From Eledone cirrhosa (taxonomy: Eukaryota), in NCBI GenBank assembly GCA_964016885.1, contig OZ024742.1, positions 21,762,001 through 21,826,000 of the forward strand: 64,000 bases of DNA, read 5' to 3'. Positions 12,898 to 26,279 of the stretch are shown here, one piece after another. The position numbers were made by a program, and so were the translations under genes. The notes beneath the pieces are model-generated. The model was not told the DNA's origin. It saw only the letters and a list, made by a program, of their open reading frames with translations, and did not search any database. Within the stretch, counting starts at the first letter, position 1, and the number at the start of each line of letters is the position of its first letter.

Positions 12898-13088
12898 ATT
12901 GGCAGTATCGGTAGAGGGTCGGACGCCATGCTTTTCAGCAAAGAGTTACGGCCCTTTATGGTCTGAGTTCAAATCCCGCCGAGGTTAACTTTGCCTTTCA
13001 TCCTTACGGGGTCGATAAAATAAAGTACTAGTAATACACTGGGATAATTTCTGGCCTTGTGCCAAAAGTAGAAACAATTATTATTATA
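12898..13088 (+). mobile_element. tRNA-derived SINE (family 1)
   Basis: Near-identical to 3591-3782. Confidence 0.85.
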
Positions 13089-13629
13089 TACACCTTTGAG
13101 TGTTTTTTCTGCTAGTGTGTGTAGTGTGTATATTGATATTATACGCAAATATACATGCATGCAGATATGATATGACAAATAAAATTGTGAATGAGAATAT
13201 GCACAGAAATTGAAGGGAGACTCTGTTACAGTCTTCTGTAATCAGTAAAGTAATCCATGATACATTTTAAAAAGACGATATTATATATAAACTGCATTGC
13301 GGAGAAATGTTATGAAAACGAAACCGGAGAAAATTAGCGACGGAAATATAAACGTTATGATGCAAATATATGAATGTTTATATAGGCTATGTGGTATAGC
13401 AAACGGGATTAAGTGTTGTGATATAACGGACGTCAATTGAAAGAAGTGAATCTTAAAATAAGCTATACATTACTTATATATAAGAATATTTATGTTTAAT
13501 CAAGAGCTATGAAATTTAGTACATAAATTACCTAATATTCATTCATAATTTATTGAAAGTAATCCAAATTATTTTAATAAGGTATTCAGAAAGAAAACAT
13601 CCATGACACAGGCCAACAGTCCTGCAATC

Positions 13630-13677
<48 letters not shown>

Positions 13678-14006
13678 CAGGTACACATACATATATGCAC
13701 GTATCAGTTTAGCGGACGCTTATTATAACGCCGCTTTGTTCGTTTGTAAACAAACTGAACAGCCTGAATTTGTATGCCGTACGGTGTTAAGGCAACCACG
13801 TCACCTTTTTGTTCAACACTGACACAGGAACGATGTACTAGTTTCAAGCTTGTTAGCTATCATCAGCACCGTATACCCATCTGCCAGATAGTTGAACGTT
13901 CGGCATAAAAATTCAGGCTGTTCAGTTTGTTTACAAACGAACAAAGCGGCGTTATAATAAGCGTCCGCTAAACTGATACGTGCATATATGTATGTGTACC
14001 TGTATG

Positions 14007-14039
<33 letters not shown>

Positions 14040-14047
<8 letters not shown>

Positions 14048-14224
14048 CGTAAAATAAGAAAAATTTTTTAAAAAATTTTTTAAAAAAATTTTCTTATTTT
14101 ACGTCTTTTATATTATTGTTCTGCATTCTCCTGCATCGAACCACCTAGGTACTATGACATAACCTGTGTATTTGCTGGCATTGGCGTACATCTGTGCGCT
14201 TATGTTAGTAGATATATTAAATTA

Positions 14225-14228
<4 letters not shown>
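14040..14228 (+). mobile_element. Small fold-back insertion nested in the internal (TA)n of family C
   Basis: Arms ataaaagacgtaaaataagaaaa / ttttcttattttacgtcttttat plus a ~115-bp tail, flanked by (TA)n. Confidence 0.7.
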
Positions 14229-14290
<62 letters not shown>

Positions 14291-14528
14291 CATGCTACTG
14301 TACGTCTGTATACATATATGTATGTACGTATACACACACACTTACATTTAAGTAAGTGCCGTACTAAGAGTGAGAAATGAAATTTCGTTTTCATTTTATT
14401 TCAACTTATCGTTTTCGGTATGCCTGACCGACTTAGCTCACTCGATATGCAAATTAGGCTGCTCAGCCGTTAATTTTCATAAGGAAAGTATATACTTTCG
14501 AACGTTCAACTATCTGGCAGATGGGTAT

Positions 14529-14571
14529 ACGGTGCTGATGATAGCTAACAAGCCTGAAACTAGTACATCGT
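14529..14571 (+). ncRNA. Minimal type I hammerhead (family C); mirror copy at 13830-13872 (-)
   Basis: acggtg-CTGATGA-t agct aaca agc(c/t) t-GAAA-ctag-TA-catcgt; GUA triplet. Confidence 0.85.
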
Positions 14572-14723
14572 TCCTGTGTCAGTGTTGAACAAAAAGGTGA
14601 CGTGGTTGCCTTAACACCGTACGGCATAAAAATTCAGGCTGTTCAGTTTGTTTACAAACGAACAAAGCGGCGTTATAATAAGCGTCCGCTAAACTGATAC
14701 GTGCATATATGTATGTGTACCTG

Positions 14724-14797
<74 letters not shown>

Positions 14798-14911
14798 CAT
14801 GCTGCTGTACGTCTGTATACATATATGTATGTACGTATACACACATACTTACATTTAAGTAAGTGCCGTACTAAGAGTGAGAAATGAAATTTCGTTTTCA
14901 TTTTATTTCAA

Positions 14912-14970
<59 letters not shown>

Positions 14971-14973
<3 letters not shown>

Positions 14974-16530
14974 ATGATATTAAAAAAATGGAAATTATAT
15001 TTATAAAACCATATTTATTTTATTATATATATTTCAAGGGCAACCAAGACAACATTGGTACGCTTTTATCAGATAAAATACAAAGTTTGTTTTATAAATA
15101 GAGACATACCCATGAAAATCATACCTTATCGGTTGGAAATGCACTGGATAGTGGAAATATATTAGGGATTATTCAAACTTATGTGTGAATATTTAAATGA
15201 ATATGTAAATAATTGAAAAACAACCGTTTATTTAAATGACACTGGAGAAAGAGAGGGAGAGAAAAAAAGAGAGAGAGAAAAATAAAAAATATTACGAGAG
15301 AGATAGAGAGAAGAAATTAACAAGAGGATGAATAAAACTCATATAACGTTAATTTGGAGGAATATATTCAATGGTACATGTATTTACGATTAATTAGTTG
15401 TTAAAATTATTTTCTAATATAATATTTACTGTTATAAGTAGATAGAAAAATACATAGTTAGAAGAATAGATTTGAAAAATAAATAAATAAATAAATAAAT
15501 AAATGGATAAATGGATAAATAAATGAATAGATGGGTGTATCATTTCATAGATAATTGTTTTAATGAGTTATGAGGGATATTAATTTTGTATTTAATGTAA
15601 GTAAATATTAAGTTAAATTAAATTAAGTTAACTGAGTTAATAAAAATATTTATATTTATATATTTTAAAATGGGAAGATACGGAAAAAACTCCAGTTTTA
15701 TTTATTTATTCATTAGTATGAGACTATTTTGTCAAAATAAGTATAAATGTTAAAGATATATTTAGCCAGAATTAGTTAATGTTTATAAATCTAATAAAAG
15801 ATATTGAAATATTATTAAAAATGCGGGAAAATGTTTTTAAAACATAATTTATAAGAGACAAGTAATTTTTAAAGAAATAAGTAATTTTAAAAAATAGATA
15901 CAAAAATGAAAGAAATAAAAAATAAAGAATTAAAAATTATTAAGATTAAAATTACAATTAAAATTAAAATTAAATTTAAAATTAAAATTTTAATTTAAAA
16001 AAATTAGAATTATATATGTATATATTTTAAGAAACTTTAAGAAGTGAAATTATAGCAAATGTTATAGATATGATTTAGAGATATCAATATATTAAAACCA
16101 AGTGGATAAAAATGTTATGGAAATAAGTAGAAATATTATAAGTGTAATTATAATTTATATATAGTTCTAAACGTTGAATTCAGGCGATGTCTACAAGAAC
16201 TAAATAAATTCGGCCTTATATTAATAGAGTTCTTACATTTAAGTATGAAAATCCTCAACACACAATTTCCAAACTTGAACCGTTAAGGTATATTTTCCTT
16301 GGTTATGTCAAAATTTATAAAACACACTTCGTATTTTATCTGATGATAGCATACCAAAATGTTGGTACCCTTGAAATATATATAATAGAATAAATATGGT
16401 TTCATAAATATAGTTTCCATTTATTTAATGTCATTGAATATTATACTCCAGAAAAAATCTGTCGAGTGCTCTGAATCAGTTATAAACATTTATATTTGTT
16501 GAATTACCAACAAATTGAATATCCCTTCTG

Positions 16531-16533
<3 letters not shown>
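14971..16533 (+). mobile_element. Family B fold-back, older copy with long AT-rich interior (HHR 16332-16392 +; G8A copy 15016-15080 -)
   Basis: tattttat-CTGATGA-tagcatacca..tggtaccctt-GAAA-tatata-TA-atagaata; both ends homologous to 9654-10178. Confidence 0.75.
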
Positions 16534-16564
<31 letters not shown>

Positions 16565-16570
<6 letters not shown>

Positions 16571-17875
16571 ATGGATAACAAGTTATCCTTATAGGTAATC
16601 CAGTTAGAGGTTGTGAATACTCCGTATTGTGGATAGTTTTAGCGTACGGCGTTGTTTGACTCAACAACAGGTTTCCTTAGGTAGCGAGTTTATGAGTTCT
16701 AGGGAATTCCTATGTAAGTTAATCTTGGAGTAATAATAGTGAAAGAGTGAAGAATAACATGGTCAACAATACAAGAATGGTTTTATTTACAGTATTAACA
16801 ATTGTTTTATTCATTAAGTTGTCTTAAAATTGCTAATCATTTGAAGTTGTGTCACTCAGTTTTAAATACGATATATGCTTAACCAAATCATCAGATAACT
16901 GAAAAGAATTATACATAGCGTTTACAAATTCAAATTACAATATCAGTAATAAAGAAAAAATAAGAAAAAGAAGAAGAAAAAAAAGATAGAGAGAAAAAAA
17001 GAGAAAGAAAGAAAAAAAGAGTAAACAAAAAAAGATAAAGAAAAAGAAATATAAAAGTAGGGTTAATAAATGAATAATAATAAATAAGTTATAGCGAAGA
17101 TGATAAAAATAAATAAAAAATGTTTATATGTGTGTGAAGAAAATGAACATAATATGATTGTTGAAAATAGTTGTGGTGTTGGTGGTTAAAATATAAAGAT
17201 ATGACGGTATAAACATGAAAATATTAAATATATTCATATATGTATTATTTAAATTAATAAATTAATAAATTGGAAGTTATATTAGAAGTGAAGATAATAC
17301 GATAGGTTATATTGTAGGAGATGAAATATATTTAGGGAAAGAAATTAAAAGATAGAAAATGAAAGAGAGAAAATATAATAGGTTATGATGTTGATTCCTT
17401 GACAGTTAATAACAATAATATCAACAATGATGATAATGGGTTATTATAATTGACTCAGGTGGTATAATTTGAATTATGGAATTGTTGGGTCGAATCAAGT
17501 TGGTTTGAAATTATCGAATTTAATTGTTGCTTATGTCTACAGAAAAGTGACTTCAATGTTGCTGTTAAGCAGCATTTTGTTATATTTTAAAATATGGAAT
17601 ATTTTAAAGTCTACAGTGGGACATACCAATTTTGTAGGCCATTGCCCCTGACAATTTAGAGCAGCTAATCCTGTATTCTTGGTTTGTATCTTTAAGCTGC
17701 CAGATTTTATTGGCGAGCGTTCTAGTATTCATTAGTTTACGGTTCTTTGTAGAGTGTCTGTGGACACAACTTCAAGTGATTAGCAATTTTAAGACAACTT
17801 AATTAATGAAACAATTGTTAATGCTGTAAATAAAACCCTTCTTGTACTGTTGACCATGTTATTCTTCACTCTTTC

Positions 17876-17880
<5 letters not shown>
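16565..17880 (-). mobile_element. Decayed Naiad-type PLE 3' end (family G) with inverted arm 17762-17880
   Basis: Minus ~17490-17762 translates HRHSTKNRKLMNTRTLANKIWQLKD...AYKIGMSHCRL...LLNSNIE, similar to the C-terminus of the 21789-24230 ORF. Degenerate long-stem-II HHR at ~16786-16904 (stem III caattg). Related end at 38815-39050. Confidence 0.75.
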
Positions 17881-17959
<79 letters not shown>

Positions 17960-18004
17960 TAAAGAAATAATGAATAAACAATTCCTTATATTAAACAAAA
18001 AAAG

Positions 18005-18159
18005 TTCATTATTTAACGATCGTTTCTAGGGTATATATGTGTTATAATTGGTATGCATATTCAACAGATCTATGTACAAAATTATACAAAATTATACAAA
18101 TTATCAAGATTAAATATACATACCTAACACATATATACGCCGTCTTCAGAAATAATGAA
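18005..18159 (-). ncRNA. Hammerhead with ~115-nt stem II, 3' pLTR copy
   Basis: ttcattattt-CTGAAGA-c ggcgtatatatgtgtta...taacacatatataccc ta-GAAA-cgatcg-TT-aaataatgaa. Confidence 0.82.
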
Positions 18160-18989
18160 GTATATTTATTGATAATAACAACAATTCAAAATATCAGTTC
18201 AAAATTGACCAATGAAAACACAAAGGGTTAAAAGCAGTTCGGTGTGTGTATATACATGTAAAATCCTTACACATATTTTACAATAATGTGTGTATAATTT
18301 GTATGCGCATACTAAAAAGATGGATGCAAACACAAAATTTCAAGGTTAATATCTCTGTAAGCTTAATGCGCTGATAAGATGCGCATTGATACTTATGGAG
18401 TCAAGCATATAAATATATTTTTTCATACTCACACATATCAGTATAATCACACATACATGCGCGTATATGCATAAATATACACATAACCACGAACATACAA
18501 ACACACACACTCCCCCACTCACATTTATATATGTGGATATAAAATCATAAGCACATAGAAATTAAGTCACTCACATAAAACACTGGCACACACATTTCAA
18601 GATCAAGATACAGAAATTAGGTGGGAGGGGGGGAGGGGTCAGTATTCAATTGTCTGAGCAGACTGCCTAATATAAATGTATCTATAAATTAAGAAAAATA
18701 AAAAAATAAAAACAATAAAATATAATAAATATAATATAATGTACATACACATACAGATATATATACACATACATACATGTACGCGCACATAGAGATATTT
18801 ACGCATACACACATACACACATACATATACAGTCATACACACACATACACTTACACGAACATACACATACACATATAAAAAGATATATATATACACACAC
18901 TCACACGCGCAACACATACACACATACACATATATATAAAAAATAGATAATAAAGATATATATCCATATATATATATATACACACACAC

Positions 18990-19032
<43 letters not shown>

Positions 19033-19121
19033 TATACATATACATACACATACATCTAAATATACATACACATACATACACACATACATGTACATACATG
19101 TACATACATATACGCACATCG

Positions 19122-19171
<50 letters not shown>

Positions 19172-19491
19172 TCACATAGACATAAAGATACATACACACA
19201 CAACTTACATACACACGTATATATATATATATATAGATGTACCTTCATACATAGAATTAGATATATAATCATACTTACATATGCACCTACTTATACTCAT
19301 ATAAATAAATACATACGCTTCCATATATGTGTATATACATAAAAAACAATACAACCTCACCAAACTCAGACATACAAATGAAAATAATAATAAAAAGGCA
19401 TATGTATATACATACACACACGCATTAATAGAGAAATATATATATACACACATACATACACATATATATATACATACACACACACATATAT

Positions 19492-19546
<55 letters not shown>

Positions 19547-19550
19547 TAGA

Positions 19551-19589
<39 letters not shown>

Positions 19590-19681
19590 ATATATATCCA
19601 CACACTCATACCACCATAAATACACATACAAACACCCACATATATATATATATATATATATCTACATACACACACGTATAC

Positions 19682-19716
<35 letters not shown>

Positions 19717-20025
19717 CACACACATAAAAAACAGACATGCACATATATATATATATATATATTTCATTACTCTTACATATACACATATTATATATACATA
19801 CACAACCTCACTTATACACATATACACATAAGTTATATTACAATAATAATAAAGAATAATATACATATATATATATACATATACATATATATACATATAT
19901 ATATATACATACATACATACACATACATACATACACATAAATATATACATACATAAATACACACATACGAATAAAGACATATATTCACACATAGACACAT
20001 ATATATATATATATATATATATATC

Positions 20026-20063
<38 letters not shown>

Positions 20064-21213
20064 CACATACACACACACACACACACACAGACACACATAC
20101 ACACTCACATATATATATATATATATGTGTATGTGAGTGTGCGCACATACACATATATACACACACACATACAAACACACACAAACACATACATATGCAT
20201 ACGTGCACACACACACACATATATCACATAGATACGAAGATAAACATATAAATAGAGAGACATACATATATATACACAACACATATACACATACATACAT
20301 ACACGCATATACATATACATACATATATACACATATATATATTCCTATATATACAAGCATACACATACATACACATATATACACATATATACACATATAC
20401 ATACAACACATTCACATACACATACATATATAATACATATATATACATATATATACATACATATGTATGTACAATCATATATACACACACAATCTTACAT
20501 TCATATTTGCATGCTCATATATGTATTTTTATATTTAGATATAAATACCGAAACCTATATAGACACCTACCTACATATATATTCATACATAGACGCTTAC
20601 AAATACAGATGATAATAGTATGGGGGAAAGGGGGGGTTTGGAGAAGGGGATCAAAGTAAATATATGTTTCAAGAAACATATAATATTTTCCGTATCTTAA
20701 TTCAATGTATGTTCTTACATATTTTCAGTGCTAGGAAATACGAAATCTATGCATCTCAAAATAAATAAGTATACCATTAATCATATGTTAACTAAACCAA
20801 AGATAGTCAACATATTGATTTCTAAGGTGTAAATTAGTTAGGTTTATAATATTTGAAGCAGAATTTTGAAGTCAAACAGTAGTAGATTATTAATTACATT
20901 ATAACTAAATAAAAGTTAATAACGTTATGGTATCAATATTAGGAGATGAATTTAGTAATAGGGAAAAGAAACCCAAATAAAAATAAAATAAAGTATTACA
21001 TCGGTAGTAGCATATAAATTATATGTTAACTAAATTAAAAATTATATATTCATTTCAATAGTATACGTTAATTAGTATATGTTAATTAGGTACACAATAC
21101 ATAAAGCAGATATTGTATTTCATCAATAGCATAATATAATTATATGTAAATAGAAATCAAAATTAATACGCATACATATACATATACATACACATACACA
21201 TATACATACATAT

Positions 21214-21252
<39 letters not shown>

Positions 21253-21788
21253 TACATATATACACACATATACATACATACAGATACACATACACAGCAC
21301 ACACATATACATATACATATACATATACATATCTTTTTCAAAAAATTGCACAGAATATATTAACTAGGTATATATCCAAAACACATCCCATTCTATGATT
21401 ACATGACATTCTGCAATTCGTCTGTATAAGGATACTAATTTTAAGCAAATTAAAATTAAAGTTTTAGGTTGATTAAAACTAAAACCAAATAATAAATATA
21501 TTTCCAAAATGTATATTAATTAGGTCTATAATACTAAAAATTCTTTCTCCGTCATTGGATACATGATATTATTTTGTTATATTTTATCTGTAAAAGAATT
21601 ATAATAAAAGGTTTAAATAAATTAAAATTAATCTATAAATTAAATTACTAAGTATATATTAGTAATATTTAAAGGTTTTTCACAATTTATGATTACATAA
21701 TATTTTCTCATCTGTAATAAAATATTAATTAAATTAAATTTATAGGTTAACTAACATTTAAATTAAATTAATTTCTAGAATAATGTTA

Positions 21789-24230
21789 TTAATTAGGTTT
21801 ATAATATTTAAATGTTTTTTTTAATTTATGATTACACGATATAATTAATTCCTGTCGTTTATTTAATAAGATATCCTTAGACTTCATTATTTCAAATAGT
21901 TCTTGGGAACATAATCTACATTCCTTTCTATTATTTTGATAAGGGGTGGCTCTTTTGAGCACACTCCAGGTCAAATCATATTTTATATTCTTATTTTTAT
22001 AACTATTGATTTTTTCTGCTAGAGATGTTGTATTAGCCAGTGCGGCATTTTTAAAACTATGTTTGTGGGTATTAAACCTTGTCTTAAAATTGTTAGAGGT
22101 AGCTCCTATATATGAGCAAATAGAATCTTTAGTTTTAACATTACATTTATAGACTATGTTGTTAACAAGACAATTCCCTTTTAATGGGCAGTTTGTTTTG
22201 TTTCTACAGTTACATCCTTTCGTTAATTCTGTATTTGAGGAGATATTATTGTTAATTTGATGTACTGGTGGTATACTTATGGTTTTCTTACATTTATATG
22301 CATTATATGCACTTATATTTTGTTTTATGTTATTTGTTGTAGAGTATGAGAATTTAACTGTAGACCTATTTAAGATTTGATGGTATTTGTGGTTTGGCGG
22401 GAAGTTTTTCTCAAGGATATAAAAAAATTTTTTAGCAATATTATCCTTAACTTGTAAATTAAAAGGAGCATTATACCAAGTAACTCGTCTATTACGGTTT
22501 CTATGTTGTTTATTATTTTTATTATTTTTATAGGTTGTATCATGATTTTTACTAGGAGGATTAATGTTAATGATCTCACCACAACTATTTTTAGTTATAT
22601 TTGTAGATTTAGGTGTTTTATCTTTTTTATTAGGAGTTTTATTATTAATATTTATTATAGTTGTATGATGAGTAGTTTTTTGAGGGTTACTATACTTTAT
22701 ATTAGAAGATTTAGTATTTTGGGGTATATTGTGGGTGGCATTTAGGTGTGTACTTTTCATTTGGTGTTTGTTGGTAATATTATGCTGTATGCTTTCAGTA
22801 TTTTTAGTAGAAGGTATATACTCTAATCTATTTTTGTGGCCACTTCTATCTAGAGCTTCATTATAAAAGGTCGCATTTTTATCAAATACATCTTGGTTAG
22901 AAGAAAGGTTAGAAATTCTAAGTGATATATTATATGCAAGGTTTTTAAGGATAGATTTAGGGTGATTAGATTGTGAGTGTATGTAATGTAAGTTTTGGTT
23001 AGGTTTATGGTAAGGTTGGTATATACCCGTAGCTAAATCTAAAGTTATATCTAGGAAATTTACTACTTTACTTGTTTTTTCAAAAGTAATATTAAGATTA
23101 TAATAGTCTTTAAGGAAAGTTCTAATATGTTTTTTGTTTTTTTCGATTTCTGAAAGGCTAAGGTTGTTAGAAAGAAGAAGACAGTCATCACGATATAAAC
23201 CACCTTTGAGGTGGGGAAAAGAGGCATTTATGTTGAAAAGGAGAAAGAGGCCCACAAGATCAGTAATTTGGGCGGAATCGCTTGAACCCATAGTAATATC
23301 AAAAAGATTACTGTATGTGTTTCTGGTCCAGTATTCATTCTGAAATTCAATAAGTGTTAGTCTAGCATGTGTAATAATGTTAATGTCATCCGAAGTTAAA
23401 TTAGATCTATTTTTAGCAAATATTAATGCTTTGTTCAGGAGTATGGGTGATATAGAAGAATAGTAATTATCTATATCAAATTGTAGGAAAGAAGCAGAAG
23501 ATTTACACCTAATATTTTTAAACCAATTAATTACCTGGGAGGTGTTTTCCCAGAGTGGTAAAATAACGTATTTTCTTATTTGTGGGATGACTCTATCTAA
23601 AATTTTTTTGCTAATTATTCCAATATCTGATTTGGAGGGACATATAAGTCTAATAGAAGGATTAGAGTTAAAGTTAGATTTGTGATCTTTCAGGTTGAAG
23701 TGTGGTCTTTTCAATGCCAAAGGTTCAGTTCTATCTTCAATGTTTAGTTTTTTTACTATGTTGTGTGTTTTGTTGTTGATGTTGGTGAGTGACACATTAT
23801 TAGATTTTTTATAATTTTTTCTGAGTTCTTTATATATGAACTCATTATAATGTTCAATATCCATATGATACAAGTTACCAGTTTTGTCCGAGTGGACATG
23901 GATTTTTTTAGACTTTTTTAGGTCCAATAGGGTAGAATCAAGGTCCTTTTGAAAGACGGATTTATACTTTTTAAATTTGAGGTGTTTAATTAAATTAAAA
24001 AGGTCTTTCTCGAAGTCTTCAAGTAAAAAGTTGTGTGGTGGATTCTTGTAAGTATTGAAATCATACATATATTTCCGATCTGCTTGTTTAGATTTTCTAT
24101 CGAAGTGGTAGGCTCTCCATCTAACCCTTCTGATAAAATTATTAGTTTTCTGAATCATAAGGAGTAAGAAGTCGTCCTTAGAAGGTATTGGTATGTTTTT
24201 CAAGGAGGTTCCTAAATATTGTTTTTCCAT
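21789..24230 (-). CDS. Naiad-type PLE polyprotein: RT + Cys-rich linker + GIY-YIG endonuclease (~813 aa from ATG at 24230)
   Basis: N-terminal SLKNIPIP..FIRRVRWRAYHF; RT motifs FDIDNYYSSI, DITMGSSDSAQITDLVG, LYRDD, NFLDITL, YIHSQSNHP; CNCRNKTNCPLKGNC-IVY...YIG, CRLC, LLNKRQEL..C.H; uninterrupted. Confidence 0.95.
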   Translation of the reverse strand: MEKQYLGTSLKNIPIPSKDDFLLLMIQKTNNFIRRVRWRAYHFDRKSKQADRKYMYDFNTYKNPPHNFLLEDFEKDLFNLIKHLKFKKYKSVFQKDLDSTLLDLKKSKKIHVHSDKTGNLYHMDIEHYNEFIYKELRKNYKKSNNVSLTNINNKTHNIVKKLNIEDRTEPLALKRPHFNLKDHKSNFNSNPSIRLICPSKSDIGIISKKILDRVIPQIRKYVILPLWENTSQVINWFKNIRCKSSASFLQFDIDNYYSSISPILLNKALIFAKNRSNLTSDDINIITHARLTLIEFQNEYWTRNTYSNLFDITMGSSDSAQITDLVGLFLLFNINASFPHLKGGLYRDDCLLLSNNLSLSEIEKNKKHIRTFLKDYYNLNITFEKTSKVVNFLDITLDLATGIYQPYHKPNQNLHYIHSQSNHPKSILKNLAYNISLRISNLSSNQDVFDKNATFYNEALDRSGHKNRLEYIPSTKNTESIQHNITNKHQMKSTHLNATHNIPQNTKSSNIKYSNPQKTTHHTTIININNKTPNKKDKTPKSTNITKNSCGEIININPPSKNHDTTYKNNKNNKQHRNRNRRVTWYNAPFNLQVKDNIAKKFFYILEKNFPPNHKYHQILNRSTVKFSYSTTNNIKQNISAYNAYKCKKTISIPPVHQINNNISSNTELTKGCNCRNKTNCPLKGNCLVNNIVYKCNVKTKDSICSYIGATSNNFKTRFNTHKHSFKNAALANTTSLAEKINSYKNKNIKYDLTWSVLKRATPYQNNRKECRLCSQELFEIMKSKDILLNKRQELIISCNHKLKKTFKYYKPN

Positions 24231-24573
24231 TGTGATATGGATGATGGACAATTGAAAGAGCTCAACTAAATGTATATGGGTTTACAAAATCATACATATA
24301 TATATGTTTATACATAAATATAAAATTAATACACACATACAGTACAAAAATACGAATATTTCCGTGAAAATAGGAGCAAAATTATGTAGATAAATCTACC
24401 AAGAGTTTACGGTAGTGTCCAATCCGTATGAAGAACTCAATGTATTCCGGATATCATGGAAAGAAGAGATGTAATGAAAATCCACTTTCGGTGAAAGATA
24501 AACGGTATACAGAGTCAAGATAAAATATTAAAGAAATAATGAATAAACAATTCCTTATATTAAACAAAAAAAG

Positions 24574-24728
24574 TTCATTATTTAACGATCGTTTCTAGGG
24601 TATATATGTGTTATAATTGGTATGCATATTCAACAGATCTATGTACAAAATTATACAAAATTATACAAATTATCAAGATTAAATATACATACCTAACACA
24701 TATATACGCCGTCTTCAGAAATAATGAA
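24574..24728 (-). ncRNA. Hammerhead with ~115-nt stem II, 5' pLTR copy
   Basis: Identical to 18005-18159; lies ~345 nt upstream of the ORF ATG. Confidence 0.82.
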
Positions 24729-25558
24729 GTATATTTATTGATAATAACAACAATTCAAAATATCAGTTCAAAATTGACCAATGAAAACACAAAGGGTTAA
24801 AAGCAGTTCGGTGTGTGTATATACATGTAAAATCCTTACACATATTTTACAATAATGTGTGTATAATTTGTATGCGCATACTAAAAAGATGGATGCAAAC
24901 ACAAAATTTCAAGGTTAATATCTCTGTAAGCTTAATGCGCTGATAAGATGCGCATTGATACTTATGGAGTCAAGCATATAAATATATTTTTTCATACTCA
25001 CACATATCAGTATAATCACACATACATGCGCGTATATGCATAAATATACACATAACCACGAACATACAAACACACACACTCCCCCACTCACATTTATATA
25101 TGTGGATATAAAATCATAAGCACATAGAAATTAAGTCACTCACATAAAACACTGGCACACACATTTCAAGATCAAGATACAGAAATTAGGTGGGAGGGGG
25201 GGAGGGGTCAGTATTCAATTGTCTGAGCAGACTGCCTAATATAAATGTATCTATAAATTAAGAAAAATAAAAAAATAAAAACAATAAAATATAATAAATA
25301 TAATATAATGTACATACACATACAGATATATATACACATACATACATGTACGCGCACATAGAGATATTTACGCATACACACATACACACATACATATACA
25401 GTCATACACACACATACACTTACACGAACATACACATACACATATAAAAAGATATATATATACACACACTCACACGCGCAACACATACACACATACACAT
25501 ATATATAAAAAATAGATAATAAAGATATATATCCATATATATATATATACACACACAC

Positions 25559-25599
<41 letters not shown>

Positions 25600-25688
25600 T
25601 ATACATATACATACACATACATCTAAATATACATACACATACATACACACATACATGTACATACATGTACATACATATACGCACATCG

Positions 25689-25736
<48 letters not shown>

Positions 25737-26056
25737 TCACATAGACATAAAGATACATACACACACAACTTACATACACACGTATATATATATATATATA
25801 GATGTACCTTCATACATAGAATTAGATATATAATCATACATACATATGCACCTACTTATACTCATATAAATAAATACATACGCTTCCATATATGTGTATA
25901 TACATAAAAAACAATACAACCTCACCAAACTCAGACATACAAATGAAAATAATAATAAAAAGGCATATGTATATACATACACACACGCATTAATAGAGAA
26001 ATATATATATACACACATACATACACATATATATATACATACACACACACATATAT

Positions 26057-26111
<55 letters not shown>

Positions 26112-26115
26112 TAGA

Positions 26116-26154
<39 letters not shown>

Positions 26155-26244
26155 ATATATATCCACACACTCATACCACCATAAATACACATACAAACAC
26201 CCACATGTATATATATATATATATCTACATACACACACGTATAC

Positions 26245-26279
<35 letters not shown>

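Larger units (their letters stand above)
13670..14914 (+). mobile_element. Family C non-coding HHR tandem element (retrozyme-like): inverted arm + partial monomer + full monomer
   Basis: Inverted arm 13670-13900; partial monomer 13901-14407, interrupted at 14040-14228; full monomer 14408-14914 ending ttttatttcaactt(AT)n; no protein ORF. Confidence 0.85.

Noticed and set aside
21789-24230. Selenoprotein-type Naiad (UGA-Sec with SECIS)
   Set aside because: The ORF has no in-frame TGA and its Cys motifs use ordinary Cys codons. The TAA after CRL in the decayed fragment near 17605 is better explained by a deletion.
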